Shown here piece by piece: positions 12,776-29,098 of a DNA stretch of 64,000 nt. The stretch is from positions 496,001 through 560,000 of the forward strand of contig JALDZX010000003.1 in assembly GCA_022813865.1 (NCBI GenBank), read 5' to 3'. Source of the stretch: Xylographa opegraphella (taxonomy: Eukaryota). The translations under genes and the position numbers were made by a program. Positions within the stretch are counted from its first letter, which is position 1. Every line of letters begins with the position of its first letter. The notes below the pieces were generated by a model. That model did not search any database. It saw only the letters and a list, made by a program, of their open reading frames with translations, and was not told the origin of the DNA.

Positions 12776-14177
12776 ATGATTACCTCACGATTCTTTCGAC
12801 CTGCCTCAAGATTACTATCCTCCTCCCGACCTATTGCTACTTCAATTCGTCCTACCTTCCAACCCACAATTACAATTGTTCCGTCAATAGCGAATAAGAG
12901 AAAATATGCAACGCCAAGTGGTACAAAAGAGATGACTGTACGCGATGCGCTGAACGAAGCATTAGCGGAAGAGCTTGAGCAGAACGACAAAGTGTTCATA
13001 CTGGGAGAAGAGGTTGCACAGTACAATGGAGCGTAAGTCTCTTCTCGGGGATCTCGAAGTTACGATATCTACCTGTGGACGTACCATCGGAGTACAGGCA
13101 ATTGCATGAAAGGAAGTGCCTTGGATAACAGGATGGGACTGGATCCAATGACGAGGACTAACAGCTCTCTTTACGTAGCTATAAGGTCACCAAGGGGCTA
13201 CTGGACCGTTTCGGTGAAAAACGAGTAATAGACAGTCCAATCACAGAATCCGGGTTTTGCGGTCTTACTGTAGGAGCCGCGTTAGCAGGGCTACATCCAG
13301 TGGTATGCCAATCCTCTGTCGGACTCATTATAACTATCTCAGATGTACTAAGCCTCAGCTGCATAGTGCGAGTTCATGACATTCAACTTCGCCATGCAAG
13401 CTATAGATCAAATAATCAACTCTGCGGCAAAGACACACTACATGTCTGGGGGCATCCAGCCATGTAACATCACTTTCAGAGGGCCTAATGGGTTCGCTTC
13501 GGGTGTCGCTGCTCAGCACTCGCAAGACTACTCGAGTTGGTATGGAAGTATACCGGGTCTGAAGGTGGTGGCGCCGTGGAGCGCCGAAGACGCCAAGGGG
13601 CTACTCAAGGCTGCCATTAGAGACCCCAATCCAGTGGTTGTGCTCGAGAATGAGTGTGTAGTGGCTGCACAGACTTTTCAAAATGTGACGCTGACAGTTC
13701 GCAAGACTCCTATACGGCCAATCCTTTCCCATGTCAGAGGCAGCCCAAAAAGACGACTTCGTCCTACCCTTCGGCAAGGCCAAGATCGAACGCGCTGGTA
13801 AAGACCTTACAATCGTGACCCTCTCTCGGTGCGTTGGACAAGCCCTTACAGCAGCGGAACAACTCAAGAAGCAGTACGGGGTCGAAGCCGAAGTCGTCAA
13901 CCTCCGATCAGTACAACCCCTCGATATCGAGGCCATAGTGAAATCGGTGAAGAAGACTGGCCACCTAATGGCCGTGGAAAGCGGATTCCCCAAGTTCGGT
14001 GTCGCGGCAGAGATCCTGGCGTCTACAATGGAGTATGCTTTCGATTATCTGGATGCGCCGGCCGTGAGGGTGACGGGTGCTGAGGTGCCGACGCCATATG
14101 CGCAGAAACTAGAGGAGATGAGCTTTCCAAACGAAGAGCTTATCACGAAGTATGGTGCTAAGCTGTTGAGGGTGTAG
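12776..14177 (+). CDS. PDB1: Pyruvate dehydrogenase E1 beta subunit, mitochondrial; 4 exons
   Basis: Arg/Ser-rich presequence, [45 protein letters not shown] and [12 protein letters not shown]. Confidence 0.97.
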
Positions 14178-14523
14178 GACTTTAGGCGTATCTTTCCCCG
14201 AGTACTTAGGACTCGCTTGGCTTTGCTCCTGTAAATGATAGCATGAGTTGTTTTCGGCTTGAATCTGTACAGTGCAATAGAAAGCGGCCGTTTGCGCGGA
14301 CAGTTGGTGGGAAGCATTACGAACATGCTTCAAGTGCCATATGGAGCATTCAATCATAGTACTGGAACAGCGAGTTTCGCTTGCTTAGATGAAAGCTTGT
14401 TCCTTCGCAAGAATAGCAAAAATTTCTAATGCCCCATTGGTCCCTTTATATTCCGTACCCCGACGCGGTGGTCATGCCAGCAACAGCCGATGCCTACGCC
14501 ATGCGTCCTGCGCTGAAATTCCC

Positions 14524-16395
14524 TTAGCAATCCCCATCCCAGTTCTCCTTCACCCACTGCGCAATCATGGTCGTAAAATCTACGCCTTCCAAATAGCCCT
14601 TCGTGTCCGCGGTTTCGTATTCCCCACCAAGAAACTTTAAAGCTAGAAGAACCCATGGCTGAATAAACTCCAGATAGACAACATCCACTGTCTCGATGGC
14701 GTGGTCGTCCGTGGCTATCCTAATGCGCGCTTCAATACAGTTGGGTACGTTGTAGAATGATATTGGCGAGTGTACAGTGTCGTCCCCATCTTCACCAGCA
14801 TCGTCTTTGGTTGTGTAGCCCGGGGTGAGCCTCTGCTTATATGACACAAGTGGCTGCTGTTTGCTCTTGTAGATATCCCCAATTTCCGGAGCTATTATGT
14901 TCGCTTGACGAGCTGCCTGCTCTGGCGATGTAAGCATTCGTGCTTCGAGATGAGGAGCGGCCTGTTTCAAGATCTCGCCTTCGTTGTTTAGGACTGTAAG
15001 AAGCTGATCCGCTAGTTTGAATGGTACATCCTTGATGTAGCGGAAGCCCGTGGAGAATGGCGAGACTGTGAAGGTAGTGTCAATCGTGAAAGGTCCTTTG
15101 AATATGTCGAATCGCATGGCACCTGTGTTGGCTATTACCACGCGCGATGTCGATTTTCGCTCGGGATCGATAACCATATCTGGAAGGACAAGCTGCTCCA
15201 GCCAGCTGAATATGCTGCTGTTGTCGGGATATGGTACTCGATTTGTCCAAAGGTCAATGGGCGCACAACCGAAACGTAAGTCTAGCTTTAAAGCCTTGCG
15301 AGACGATGAGATGAGGGATGAGACATTGCTACCATGAGCTGTAGGGAATGTTGTACTGTTGAGCGAGGTATGGTGATAGAATGAGTAGAGGTTGTTGTCA
15401 ATATATCGGCGAGAGAAAGTTATTGATGCTATACGACTGGAGTGGTCCTTCCCTCCTGTCGATACGCCAGAGATTGATTGGAATCCTATAGTTTCCATAT
15501 ATCGCCCGCTCTCTATAGCGTATGACTTGGAGTCGAATTTTTTATAATCTCGAATATGGTAATGACCGCCGAAGAGCTGTATAGGAGTATCCCATTGCAC
15601 TTCACGAATGGCTCTGAATATTATCCGGTACTCTTCCGAGCGAATGTGTACATGACCCGCTACCACGAACAGATCTACCTCACGATCATGGATAGCATCT
15701 TTGAACCACTCTTCGTGTATGGTATCCTGTACTTTTTGCACGATTGTGTTGTTAGCATTCCCCTTGAAGTCAAATAGAAACCCAAATGCCACGACACGTA
15801 TGCCCTGGTTTTTCGTGGTAAACTTCCTGTACCGCCGTGCAAGAGGCACCCTCTCTCCAGTCCTAGGATCGATAATGTCCAGATTCGAGGCAATATAGTT
15901 GCCCTTGAAGTTTGGCACTGTCTCGAGATACTCGTTGTTTGAAGAGTTCTGCTTGTATAGCTCATGATTCCCAACGGTAATAACGTCAATCTCCTGCTCC
16001 TTGAGGATATCACTGGTATATATTCCTTTTGGGTCTGAAGCATCGTAAAGCCCGTTTCCTTCTATCCTATCTCCTGTATCTATTAACAGGAGATCTACTC
16101 CTTCTTCATCGGCTCTTTCTCGCAATCGGTCAGCGAATGAAATGTAGTCACCCCAGTCCGCACTGAACGACGGCCTATATGGTGGATCAGTCCACGCATC
16201 ATTGGACCGGATCTCGCCAGCTCACTCTTGCAAATGCCCAGCATGCCATCCGTGCGTATCAGTAGTGTGTAGAAAATTGATTTGACCCCATGGAAGCTCT
16301 CTCAGTGGAGCCGATACAGGCGCGGCTGCCGATGGCTGCGCTGCCTGTGCAACTATGCCAGAGAACGCCAGGCATCCAAGTAATCGTATTATCAT
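14524..16395 (-). CDS. Secreted calcineurin-like metallophosphoesterase / 5'-nucleotidase-like (YHR202W-like); 2 exons
   Basis: Signal-peptide-like N-terminus, [19 protein letters not shown] and GGHYH metallophosphoesterase motifs. Confidence 0.88.
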
Positions 16396-16710
16396 GATGG
16401 GCAAGAAAAACGGTCAATACTCTTCAGCTATATGGTCATTTCTTGGCAAGGAGTCTTAACGTCATTGAGAGGCATGCACGCTCTGTCACGACAGCAACAG
16501 GGATGACGTCGCTTGTAGCTCCAGAAGCTCCACCGCATGGGGCGATCGCCTACAGTACGGTAGCATATCTTCGACAACCAAGATAATCAAGACTTCAATA
16601 TTGCTAAGCTTTATTAAGACATAGTCGCTATAATACTTGTGCAGCCACAGCAATCATTCACATAAAGCACTACACTGGCAAAACCGCCTGATCTTTTGAA
16701 TCACTTTCAC

Positions 16711-17543
16711 CTAATACTTTTCAAGGGCTGGTCGAATATCTAGCTCACTTGTCCAAAGATCAGGTTCCTGTCTTATCAGCCACAAATACGTCTTTCCCAC
16801 AGACTCTGCTTTTATTTTCTTCCCAATGGTCACGTCCTCCCCTTCATTGTCATCCACAATGCCTCCGTTAGCAATCACATGCACCACATGCACACCCTTC
16901 TCACTGAATTCCTTCCCTAGACTTTGAGATAGCTGTCTTACTCCGGCTCTTCCAGCTCCGTATGATGCGAATTTTGCATTACTTCTCATTGCTCCCAGTG
17001 TTCCCGTGAAGATTATGGTTCCTTTCATTTCGCCATTCGTCTCCACTAGTCCTTTCTCGCCGTGGTGCTCGAAAAGCAACTTGAGGGACTCCTGTGCAAA
17101 TGCCATAGCTCCTCCTACATAAGTGGTCAAGCTGTCAACGAACTCGTGGTGTGTTTCAGTCATGAAGTTCTTGACTTGGGCATGCTTGACATTATAGACC
17201 GCGGCTCGCAGCTTCAGACCGTCAAAGGATTTGTGGGCGCGGATCGCAGCGAATGTCTCCGAAAGGGACTTTGGAGAGGTATCTGAGGAAAATGTCTCAA
17301 TCACCGAGCCCGGGGCAGTGCGTGCAAGGTTTGCAGCCGTCGATGACAAGGTGTCGGCAGAGCGGGCGAGGATGGCAAGTGCGAGGTTGCCATGAGATGG
17401 GTGCGACAGAATTCTGGCGATACCAGTGCCCTGAAAATGAGAGGTTAATTGCAGATTTCAGAAGTGGGATCAGTCTATAAAATGACAATACTTACAGTAT
17501 TGGGACCGGCGCCAATGAGGATTGCAAGACCAGCCGGAGGCAT
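16711..17543 (-). CDS. Short-chain dehydrogenase/reductase (atypical); 2 exons
   Basis: ILIGAGPNT|GTGIA Rossmann motif split by an intron, GTIIFTG, YGAGR (YxxxR in place of YxxxK) and GVHVVHV. Confidence 0.8.
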
Positions 17544-17813
17544 CCCGAGAGAGTTACAATACTAGAGACGTCGGAGGGTTCGGAGGGACTTTGATGTAAA
17601 GATACTCGTAAAGAAGTGAATACTTTTGCCCATCTAAAGTAAATAGAATCTAAATCGACGTCATTTGTCGGTCATACAGCTAGGTCTTCAGCTCGAGCTT
17701 TACGTAGATACCTAGTATCCGTGTTCGGGCCATGATCGAGTGTTTTTCCGGCATACCTAAGAAGCTATGATAAGCTGCTCTTTGACAATACATACGTACA
17801 GCAAAGCCTTCAT

Positions 17814-19467
17814 ATGTCCAGTCTTCCGCTTGTGGAACGATGTTTAGTTAATCAAAAGCGTTTTAAAGCTCTCAATGCCTTCATCACTACGGGACACGAT
17901 GGGCAATCTATTCTACGGCGCAGACGGACAGATCATCCAAGTGAATTCTTTCTGCTCTGATCAGGATCATCTTTCTAACAGTACTTAGATCTCAAGAACA
18001 CATCCTTGACAGGGAAACTCATTGCGGTCAAGGATAACATATGTACCATTGATTTTCCGACCACATGTGCTGCCGCAATCTTGAAGGGCTTCCAAAGTCC
18101 TTACAATGCACATGTCATTCAGAAGCTTGAAGACGCCGGAGCAATCGTTGCTGGGAAGACGAACCTTGATGAGTTTGGCATGGGGTACGTGTAGCAAAGT
18201 TCGGACTCGCGACATACGAACTCATGAACCCTTTAGCTCGCATTCTACACACTCGGTCTTTGGTGCAGTCCATAACCCACTGGGAACAGAAAGGAACCCT
18301 GTATCTGCTGGAGGAAGTTCTGGTGGAAGTGCAGTAGCTGTTGCAACAGAGCAGTGCTGGGCAGCCCTCGGAACCGATACTGGCGGATCTGTACGACTTC
18401 CAGCGGCATATACAGGCATTGTCGGTTTCAAACCCTCGTATGGGCTGATTTCTAGATACGGTGTTGTTGCGTACGCCAATTCAATGGATACTGTTGGAAT
18501 TTTGGCTGCCGATTGTAAAACAGTCAGCCACGTTTTTGGTAATAGAACTACCGCGGTAATTCGAAGAATATATGCTAATAATCTCATAGATCAGATTCGT
18601 GGGTATGACGCCTCGGATCCGACGAGTGTTCGCCCCAGTACACTTGAACGGATCTATGAGACTGTTCAGTGCCACAAGGCAAATAGGAAAGGAAAGCGTT
18701 TGCGGATTGGCGTACCCAAGGAATACAACATTGAGGAGCTTCAGCCTAGTGTGAGATCGGCGTGGCTCGAAGTACTTCAAATCCTACAAACCGAAGGCCA
18801 TCCAATACTGCCGGTATCTCTACCAGCTACAGAATTGGCTCTTTCAGCATACTACGTTATCGCTCCAGCAGAAGCATCTTCCAATCTTGCCAAATATGAT
18901 GGTGTCCGTTACGGAAATCGGGCAAGGGAGAAGGGCATCCCAGGAAATGTTCTCTTTGCTGCTACCAGAGGTGAAGGTTTCGGAGAGGAAGTCAGAAAGC
19001 GGATATTACTAGGTGCTTACAGCCTCAGTGCTTCTGCAATCGACAACTACTTCATACAAGCGCAAAAAGTACGGCGAATGGTACAACAAGACTTCGATGG
19101 GGTGTTTGCAATGGACAACCCTCTTGTCAGTGAACGCTCTGGGGATTCAGTGTCTGAAAAGGTGGACTTGCTCTTGACACCTACTGCTCCTTCTACGCCA
19201 CCCACGTTAGCTTCGTTGACGACCCGATCCTCCGTAGAAACATACGGAGACGATACCATGACGGTCCCTGCAAGTCTTGCAGGGCTCCCTGCCCTAAGTA
19301 TACCAGTCCCAATTGGAAGCGATCATGGGGAGAAGAAACAAACACGTCCGATTGGCATCCAAGTCATCGCTCAGTACGGAGACGACGATATGATGCTCGA
19401 ATTCGCGAGAGATCTCGAGAAGTTACTGCAATCCGATCGCCAATTCGAAACCGATCAATTCAATTGA
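17814..19467 (+). CDS. HER2: Glutamyl-tRNA(Gln) amidotransferase subunit A, mitochondrial; ~4 exons
   Basis: Amidase signature [25 protein letters not shown] and [12 protein letters not shown], plus the GatA-specific [14 protein letters not shown] and [13 protein letters not shown]. Confidence 0.92.
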
Positions 19468-19668
19468 GTGCTTGCATGTGAATATCTCACAGATCGAGAT
19501 CTGTTGAATGATACAGAATGCGTTTGAGAACCATACTTTCTGTTGACTGAAACATGATTGCGTCGCTCTCGGCGAGAGACAATATTATACTATTATATTT
19601 AAAGCTTCAGCGTTGGGTGGAATTCTACCTTATAGCTTCTGCGCAGTCTAAACCTACTGCCTCCCATC

Positions 19669-20631
19669 TCAGTACCGACGGCCCAAAATCGGTATTTGCC
19701 TATACAAACCATCATACTGCCTCCCTAACCACCCACTCATCTCGCCCCCTCTTCCTACAACGCCCAAACCTCCGGCTATCCACACCCCCGCCATCAGCGC
19801 CGCAACTCCATTCAGCACCCACCATCTCCTCCGCTTCCCGCGTTCCCTCTCCTCCACCTCCCAACCCACCTCCTCCGGTGTCCAACCCAGCCACTTTCCC
19901 CACCCCCACACAACGTGCCAGCTCCCCGCCGCCACAAACACCGCATACCCCACGCCCGCCACCCACGGGTCCTTCGCAAACCCATGCGCCACATACTGCA
20001 ACCCCACGCTCGAGCTACCGCCCTCCACGAGCAGCGGCAACACACGATTCACGAACGCGTGGCCTAATACAAGCGGCATGAACACGTAGCCCAGCGCGCT
20101 GGTGCCGCTGAGCTTAGGCCACGCGAGCGTGCGGCGATCCGCGCGCGACTCGGCACCGTAGCGGAGAGCAGTCTGCCGCCGCCGGTGCAGCCGTAGCGTA
20201 ACGCCGGAGAGAATGTGTAGCGCAAGCGGAGCGATCACGAGAAGGGGTTCTGCGAGTGGAGACTGGTAGTAGGGTCGCGTTAAGAGGAGGTACGTGTCTG
20301 AAGCGGGCAGGGAGCGCGTGAGCAATGGGATGAGGGACACATTGGTGATGTGTGCGGTGAGGAAGGCGGTGAATGCGTAGGAAGAGTAGCGCTGGGTGCG
20401 GAGGACTGTCGGATAGGGTCAGTCGGGGGCTTTCGAGGGTAGGAAGGAATGGACGCTTGGGAGGAGCTTACGCCACCAAGTGAGTGAGTGGCCGCTGAGA
20501 CCGAGGGAGGAGGAGTGTCTGGGAGGGGGAACGGAGCTGGGGCTGTGCAGTGGGAAGTAGGAATCTTTTTCGTTGACTACGGGGGACTCCTCGATGGGAG
20601 AGGGATCGAGCTCTTGCATACCATCGTCCAT
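19669..20631 (-). CDS. Mitochondrial membrane protein MCP1-like (DUF1691); 2 exons
   Basis: QRYSSYAFTAFLTAHITN, LLLTRPYYQ and GLQYVAHGF conserved segments; several hydrophobic helices; intron ~20407-20471. Confidence 0.78.
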
Positions 20632-20834
20632 CGCGCCCGTCGTAGGAGAGTGATAGTACAGTAATCGAAGTCCTCGAGTCGAGGAAAGACATAACAGTAG
20701 GTATCCTGCTAGCGCCACTAGAACTAGCTAGTGCGACTGGGGGAAGCTCTCGATTGAGCTCCGAGCACTTCTTTCACAGCTAGTTATCCTACATTATAAC
20801 GCATCCTGGGTGACCCAATCGAGAGTCTAGCAAC

Positions 20835-21606
20835 ATGCCTCCGGTAACACGTACTCTCCCGTAGTATCAGCATCGCTAACAAAATGCAGCGTGGACTCAC
20901 CAACCCCGCTCCCAAGGTTCGCCCAGCGAGCGCCGCAAGCCCCATCAGGAACGGGCTGATGAGAAAATATGACAGACCGAAAGCGCCCGCGAAGCGAGGA
21001 AGTCCTTCTACTGTGCGTCTCAGTCTCCTCTTCCGTATCGCGAGAGAACGAGCGTCTGACACAGAGCAGGCGAGCTATGTTCCAAAGGGTACAGCCGCAT
21101 GAACGAGTTCGAGGCGCACGAGTCGTCCTACGATCACCAGCATAAAAAGGTACTTCATGGTTCCTCGGGAAACTTTTGTTCGAGGTCGATGTCGAGAAGG
21201 GTTCTGACAGCTTCAATAGCGTCTGAAGGAGATGAAGCAAATGCAGCGCGATCCTCTCGCCAGTAGCAAAGCGCGGAAGGCGGAGCGGAAGGCGGACGAA
21301 AAGTCTGGGCTCATCACTATCAAGCCTGTTAAGCTTGATTTGGCGTCTTCGGTTGGAGCGGGGAGTGGTTTCAAGAAGGGAGGGTTCAAGAACGCCTTTG
21401 GGGCGGAGGCGGTGAAGAAGGAGGACGAAGATATGGACACGTCCGGCATAAGAGCGGGATCAGGGTTCAAGAAAACTGGTGGCGGGGATGATCGGGATGT
21501 GACGGTCAGGCAGGAGCTGGTGGAGAGTGATACGGATGATGAATATGAGTACTATGATCCGCTAAGGCCGACGGACTGCTTCGAAGGCTGTCTAGGCCGC
21601 TTATGA
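20835..21606 (+). CDS. Small C2H2 (GPATCH8/ZNF804-type) zinc-finger protein; 5 short exons
   Basis: Splicing by eye gives MPP|RGLTNPAPK|TESAREARKSFY|CELCSKGYSRMNEFEAHESSYDHQHKK|RLKEMKQM...GFKKGGFKNAF. Confidence 0.8.
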
Positions 21607-22032
21607 AAGTAATTCGGTGTACCTCAAGATCCTGGCCGCATGGACGCCACAACAGTGCATGAACGATGTTATGCTTTAGGGAACTGAATTATGTACCTTG
21701 AATGCTCTTTCTTTGTTGTATGGAAAGGTATGCATGCATCATGAATAGTGAAACGCTCCCATCAGATCCTAAAGTATCTCGAACCAACCCCTCTAGCCGG
21801 ACCGCCATAAGTATCCTGTACCAAACAGATACACAGAGAAGTCCCCGGCGCACTCATGACACATGGCAACCCATATAGAAAGCCCCATAATGCACAGCCC
21901 CCTAATCCTCGTATCATGTGTACCACTAGGATATCTCGGTATATGAAATGTTTTGTCGTGAGCTCCAACTGCAATGCCCAGCTGGGGATTTTGTGACACT
22001 CAAGCCCACCATTTGGCGCCGCTGAATACTCA

Positions 22033-24089
<2,057 letters not shown>

Positions 24090-24864
24090 AATGTGAAGAT
24101 GTTTGTAGACGCTGAAGCAGTATTAATTGCCGAACTAATGGGGATGAGAAGGTCGCGCAGGTGATGTAACGCTCGGCAGCTACAATGCTAAGAACCGCGT
24201 ATTTTTGGAGTAAATGAGAACAAGATGATAAGATACGAAGTGTACAGGGCAAGAATCATGCGTTTAAGCTGTTATGGAGGTTGATCTTGTAGTGTTCGAA
24301 GTATGCAGCCGCTAAACTGTTGGCCCGCCGATTGTGCAGAGCTGATTGGTTGTCACCGCGTGCTTTGAAGCAGTGGGTCTTTCGGAATGCTTGATGAAAA
24401 CCGCGTCAAATCATGTCACAACTGCATTGGGAGACAAATGCAGCTCATACCAGCTACGGGTCGAAGTTGAATGTTTAATGATACAGATCACTAGCGACAG
24501 GGGATTCGCTGTCCCCTAAGTTATGTACGCCTCGACCAAAGGCTGGTAAACCACTTTGCCAGGCTCCTGATCTGTAGACGGCTCCAGGTATATATATAGA
24601 CCACGGCAGCCGAACATCTTTGTGTGAATTGCTAATTAGCCGACCCACCGATCAGCAATACTAGATGTGGGTCAGACTTGACTCCACTGCTCCGTGCCCA
24701 ACTGCTGTGGTCAAGCTTCGAACACAATTCGCCTACGCTCGAAATACAGCAGTCCCAAATGCATTGACTCCTGTTAGACCACTTGAGAATATCATTGATG
24801 CCATGCGCGTAGAGCATTTCTCGTACCCGATAAATTGACAGGTCTTCTTAGCCTTATGTGACAT

Positions 24865-27800
24865 TTACTTGGCTGTCACAGCAGCCATCCATTTCTGTTC
24901 ATCCTTTCTGAAACACGGTCAGTCATCAGCTGATACTGGGGGAAATGGAGGATACTGAGTACCTGTCGAAGTGTAGCAGCATGCCCAAGACGGGTATCAA
25001 TTGCATTTGGTGTTTCTTGTCCTTCTGTTCGAGAAATTGTAGGAGTACGTTCTTAAGATAGACGTAATCCATTATAGTGACGGGTTGAGGGTTATGGCTA
25101 TCATGAAGTGCAGTGGAGCTTGTCCGATTTTTCGATGTCGGAGAACTGACCATCGACCTTGATGGAGGAGTGTCAATAGAGGACCGAGGAGACTGCACCA
25201 AAGAGTCCAGAGGTCTTGACTTCGTGGCCTGTAATGATCGGAGTTCATCTGACATTGTCTACAAGCTCACGTTAGATCAATGACAGTGATTCATACTATA
25301 ATACTGCCACTCACCTTATTCGACTTTTGAAGCCTGTCAAGTCGGAGCTGAGCCTCTTCGACTGAATGATGAAGCTCGACTTTTTGATTTTCCATGTCGT
25401 GAGCCTGCCTCTCGCTTTTATCTAGGGCTTCACGAAGCTCATTCATAGCTCTTTTTACATCCTCACTCTCGCGTACCGATTGCTCGAATTGTTGCTCGAG
25501 TTCTTCACGCCGTTTTTTCCAATCACGCTGGGCTATCTCCAGTTCCTCTTTAGCTTCCTCTGCTCTGCTGAGGTTTCGTTCGGCCTCTCTAAGCTTGTTC
25601 CGTATTTCCTCTAATTCTCGGACTCTTCGTCGGCCTGCAGTACTTGCCTCATCCTCTGCTCGATCTCTCTCTTCGATCGCAGTGTCCATTCTCTCTTTCA
25701 TCTCACGAATACGTGAGTCAGCCCTACCCTCGACTTCTCCAAGCAACCTCCTCATGGTCTCACCCTCCCGGCTGCGCTCGCTCAACAGGCGATGAGCATC
25801 TGCAAGCTCTTCTTCTAAGCTCTCGCATCTCTCTCGAGCTTCTCTCGTTTGAACAGCCATTTCACTTGTCTGATCACGCATGCTGCTCATAAGGCTCTCG
25901 GCACTGGCGTGCTGTGCAGTTTTGAGCTCGATATCGTCCTTTAAACCTTCGTTGTCCCTCTCTAATCCTCTTATTGTTGCTTCAAGTTCCCGTACCTGTG
26001 ATTTCAACGAGCCGACCTCTTCATGAGCTCTTCCAAGATCCTTGGACACTTTCTCCAGCGATTGTGTCAGAGATTGTCGCTCACCATTGCATTGCTTCAA
26101 TTCTTCACATGTTTTGCTATATGCTGTCTCTGCTTTGACCCGACCGGAACTCTCCTCGTCAAGCCTCTGGTCCAGCCTTTTCATTTGAGCTTCTTTGTCA
26201 CTCATTGATTTCTTCATATCGGACATCTCGCCTCGCATAGAATTATGGCGAACCTCAATCTGCTGAAGCTCTGTGACCTTGGCCGCTAGCTCTGCTTTCA
26301 CAAGCTTCAGTTCTCCGTTCTCATTCCGCAATGCTGCTAGCTCTGGTTGTGCTTTCTGAAGAATTGTCCGGAGATCAGAAAGATCCTTGAATCTGGACGA
26401 AGCAAGTTGCTGAGCTACAGACAAGTCCGTCTGCAAATCAGCAGCTTTGATTTTGAGATCATCAAATTGAGCTGTCAGGTCTTTCCTTTCTGCTTCTTTA
26501 CCTGCCGCCTCAGATTGTTGTAATGCATGTACGTTCGAAACCTGCTGTTCCAGATCCAATATCTTATTTTCGAGAACGCTTTTTTCTGAAATGAGTTTCT
26601 GAATTTTGTCTTTGTCCAGAACATGTTCTTGTCCGATGTTCACAAGACAATCCCGCAAAGTATCTATTTCTTCTTGCCATGCCTCCTCACCTTTTAGCCT
26701 TGTACACAATCTATCGATGGCCGCGTCTTTCTGAGCTACGAGAATGCGTAAATTGCTCACACTCTCCTGTAATTTTGCGTCATTAACCCCACTGAAGCCA
26801 TCGCTTGTACTAACTCCATCCGTGGCTTGTTCTGATATGAGTAGTGATTCATCAACGGTCAATTGGGTCTCTTTCTCATTCGTAGATTTGTTGGTCTTCT
26901 TCTTCTTCTTATTCTTATTCTTCTTTTTAGCCGATATTGATTCGCCATTTGGTCTGACCTCCGCAGTGATTGATTCTCTAGTACCGACAAGGTCCTCTGA
27001 TGGCACTTCCAAGTCCTCTGGTGGCGCTTCCAAGTGATTTGGTGATTTAGAATTGTCATCGAATCTAGACTTTAGACGTTGATAGTCTTGATCAGCTATG
27101 GCGAGCTTCTCCCTCAAGGTAGTAACAAGTCCGTTAAGAGTATTTATACACTTGACTTCTTGGTCCTTGTCCAACTGTGTGGCTATCAATTGAGTTTGTA
27201 AAGCATCGAGCTCGGTTTTTTGTAACTTTGTAGTCTTGGCAGCAGCATTTGCGTTCTCCACGTCAGACGCTTGGGTCTTCTCAAGCTCTATCTTGGTCTG
27301 CTCAACGAGCTTCTCTTGTTCTGCTAAGTTCTTACTTCCTTCGGATATCTGCAGCTCGAGTTGACGTATTTTACCATGGCAAGCTTCAAGGTCGAACTCT
27401 AGTTTTTTTTTGACCTCCTCGGATGTTGAACGCTGCTCAGCCAATTCAATTTCGTAACGGTCTTTTTGCTCTCTTAGTACGTTTAGCTCTAACGTAGACT
27501 CCTCTAAGGTCTGTACCATGTTTTGGGCGGACTCTCTGGCTACTCCTAGGTCTCCCTTCAGACCCGTGATCTCACTCTCAAGCTTGGAGATCTTGTCTTG
27601 CTGCTCTTTAGATTCAGATTCTAAACGTGGCAATTCGTTGTCGTAGGAGAAAAACTCCTCGCTCTCTGTAGTGGGCTTGAATATCTCTGCAGATTTAGTT
27701 CTTGGTGAAAACAATGACATTCCGCGTAGAGACGGCGTGCGTGACTTAGCGGACGAGCTGGGAGACGTTACAGACGGCTGCGCTGAATCTTCGGTCTTCG

Positions 27801-28736
27801 TAGTAGAGTTCTCTTGTGTAATAGATTCTGAAAATCCCGATGTTTCTGCACTTGCAAGGCTAACCTGATCTTGATCCCCATTTGTATTAACTACCTTTTC
27901 ACTTCGTAGTTTCGTGACTTCATCCCAGGCTTCCCTGGCCCTTTTTTCTGCTTCATCTAGCTTTTGCTTGAATGTGGCTCGTTCTGTTGTCACCCGCTTA
28001 AGCTCGTCGAGCACCATATCACCCTTTAGATTTAATTGGTTGAGATACTCTACAAACGCGCTGGGGTCATTGATAGATGTAAGAGGAGTGTTCTCTCTAA
28101 GAGTATTCTCAAATGGTTCGATGGCAGTCACACGAGCATGAGCGATACGATATGACCGCAATAGCTCTAGTGCCCAATTAGCTAGACGGCTGTTGAATAG
28201 ATCAGTCATAGAATACCTTGGTATCTGGATTCGAGCCTCTCAAGCTTGCGCAGCTTAACCCGAACCTCTGAAGGTAATTCCAAGGCCGCTACTTGTGAAA
28301 CCTTTTCAGAGCCTCTGTCCTCCTCGGGCTGCCGCTCCCCATCCGGGGCAGCGGACTTCTCGGCCACCGCTTCGCCGGACTGACTTTCGCCATCTTTCAC
28401 ATGCACCGGCCTGGGCGTCCCAGCCCTGCTTATTACATCTTCATCCTCTATAACAAACTCCGGTTCAAATTCCTTCGGATCGGGTCCTTTCTCCGGAATA
28501 TCACCGGTTTTACTGTCACCCGGCCTGGCACGAGCAGACCGAACCGCAGGGGACGAAGTTCTCGAGCGAGAGCTTGGCCTTCGAGCAACCGAGTTAGACC
28601 TGGCAGGTAATTGCTGCGCGTTGCGCTGACGAGCTTGCTCCTCCGCTATACGAGAGTCAATGGCTCCCTTCAAACGCTGCATTGTGGTAAGCGTTGTAGA
28701 AGCACGGCTTTACTCCAAGCATCTTACCTGGAACAT
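24865..28736 (-). CDS. IMH1: GRIP-domain golgin (IMH1-like coiled-coil protein); 5 exons
   Basis: MFQ|RLKGAIDSRIAEEQAR start, a long coiled coil, and C-terminal GRIP DYVYLKNVLLQFLEQKD...LIPVLGMLLHF..KDEQKW. Confidence 0.88.
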
Positions 28737-29098
28737 AATGTCTTTTCCACATAATACTGAATATTCATGAGCTTATCAACATCTCTAGAAACTGTCATTT
28801 GAAGCCTGCAGCTTGTCTCAAAGCGCAGAAGCCAGCCCTTGTACCTTTATTCCACAAGGCTCTCGGCTTTAAGTTGTACCTGCGGCATCACCATTGTAAA
28901 ACAGGCTAACCGGTTTTGGTAACTGGGGACAGCTGGAGTATTGTGTGCCTACCATCATCACACATTATTGTTGTCTCAGACCTGACGATGTCATAAACAG
29001 CACGGTATCCTCTGGTGACGGAAGGTTCTAGTCTGTCAAAGATAGGATCACTTTTGGTGGGGCATCCAAAGAGTGGTTCTACAAGACAAGGTATAATT

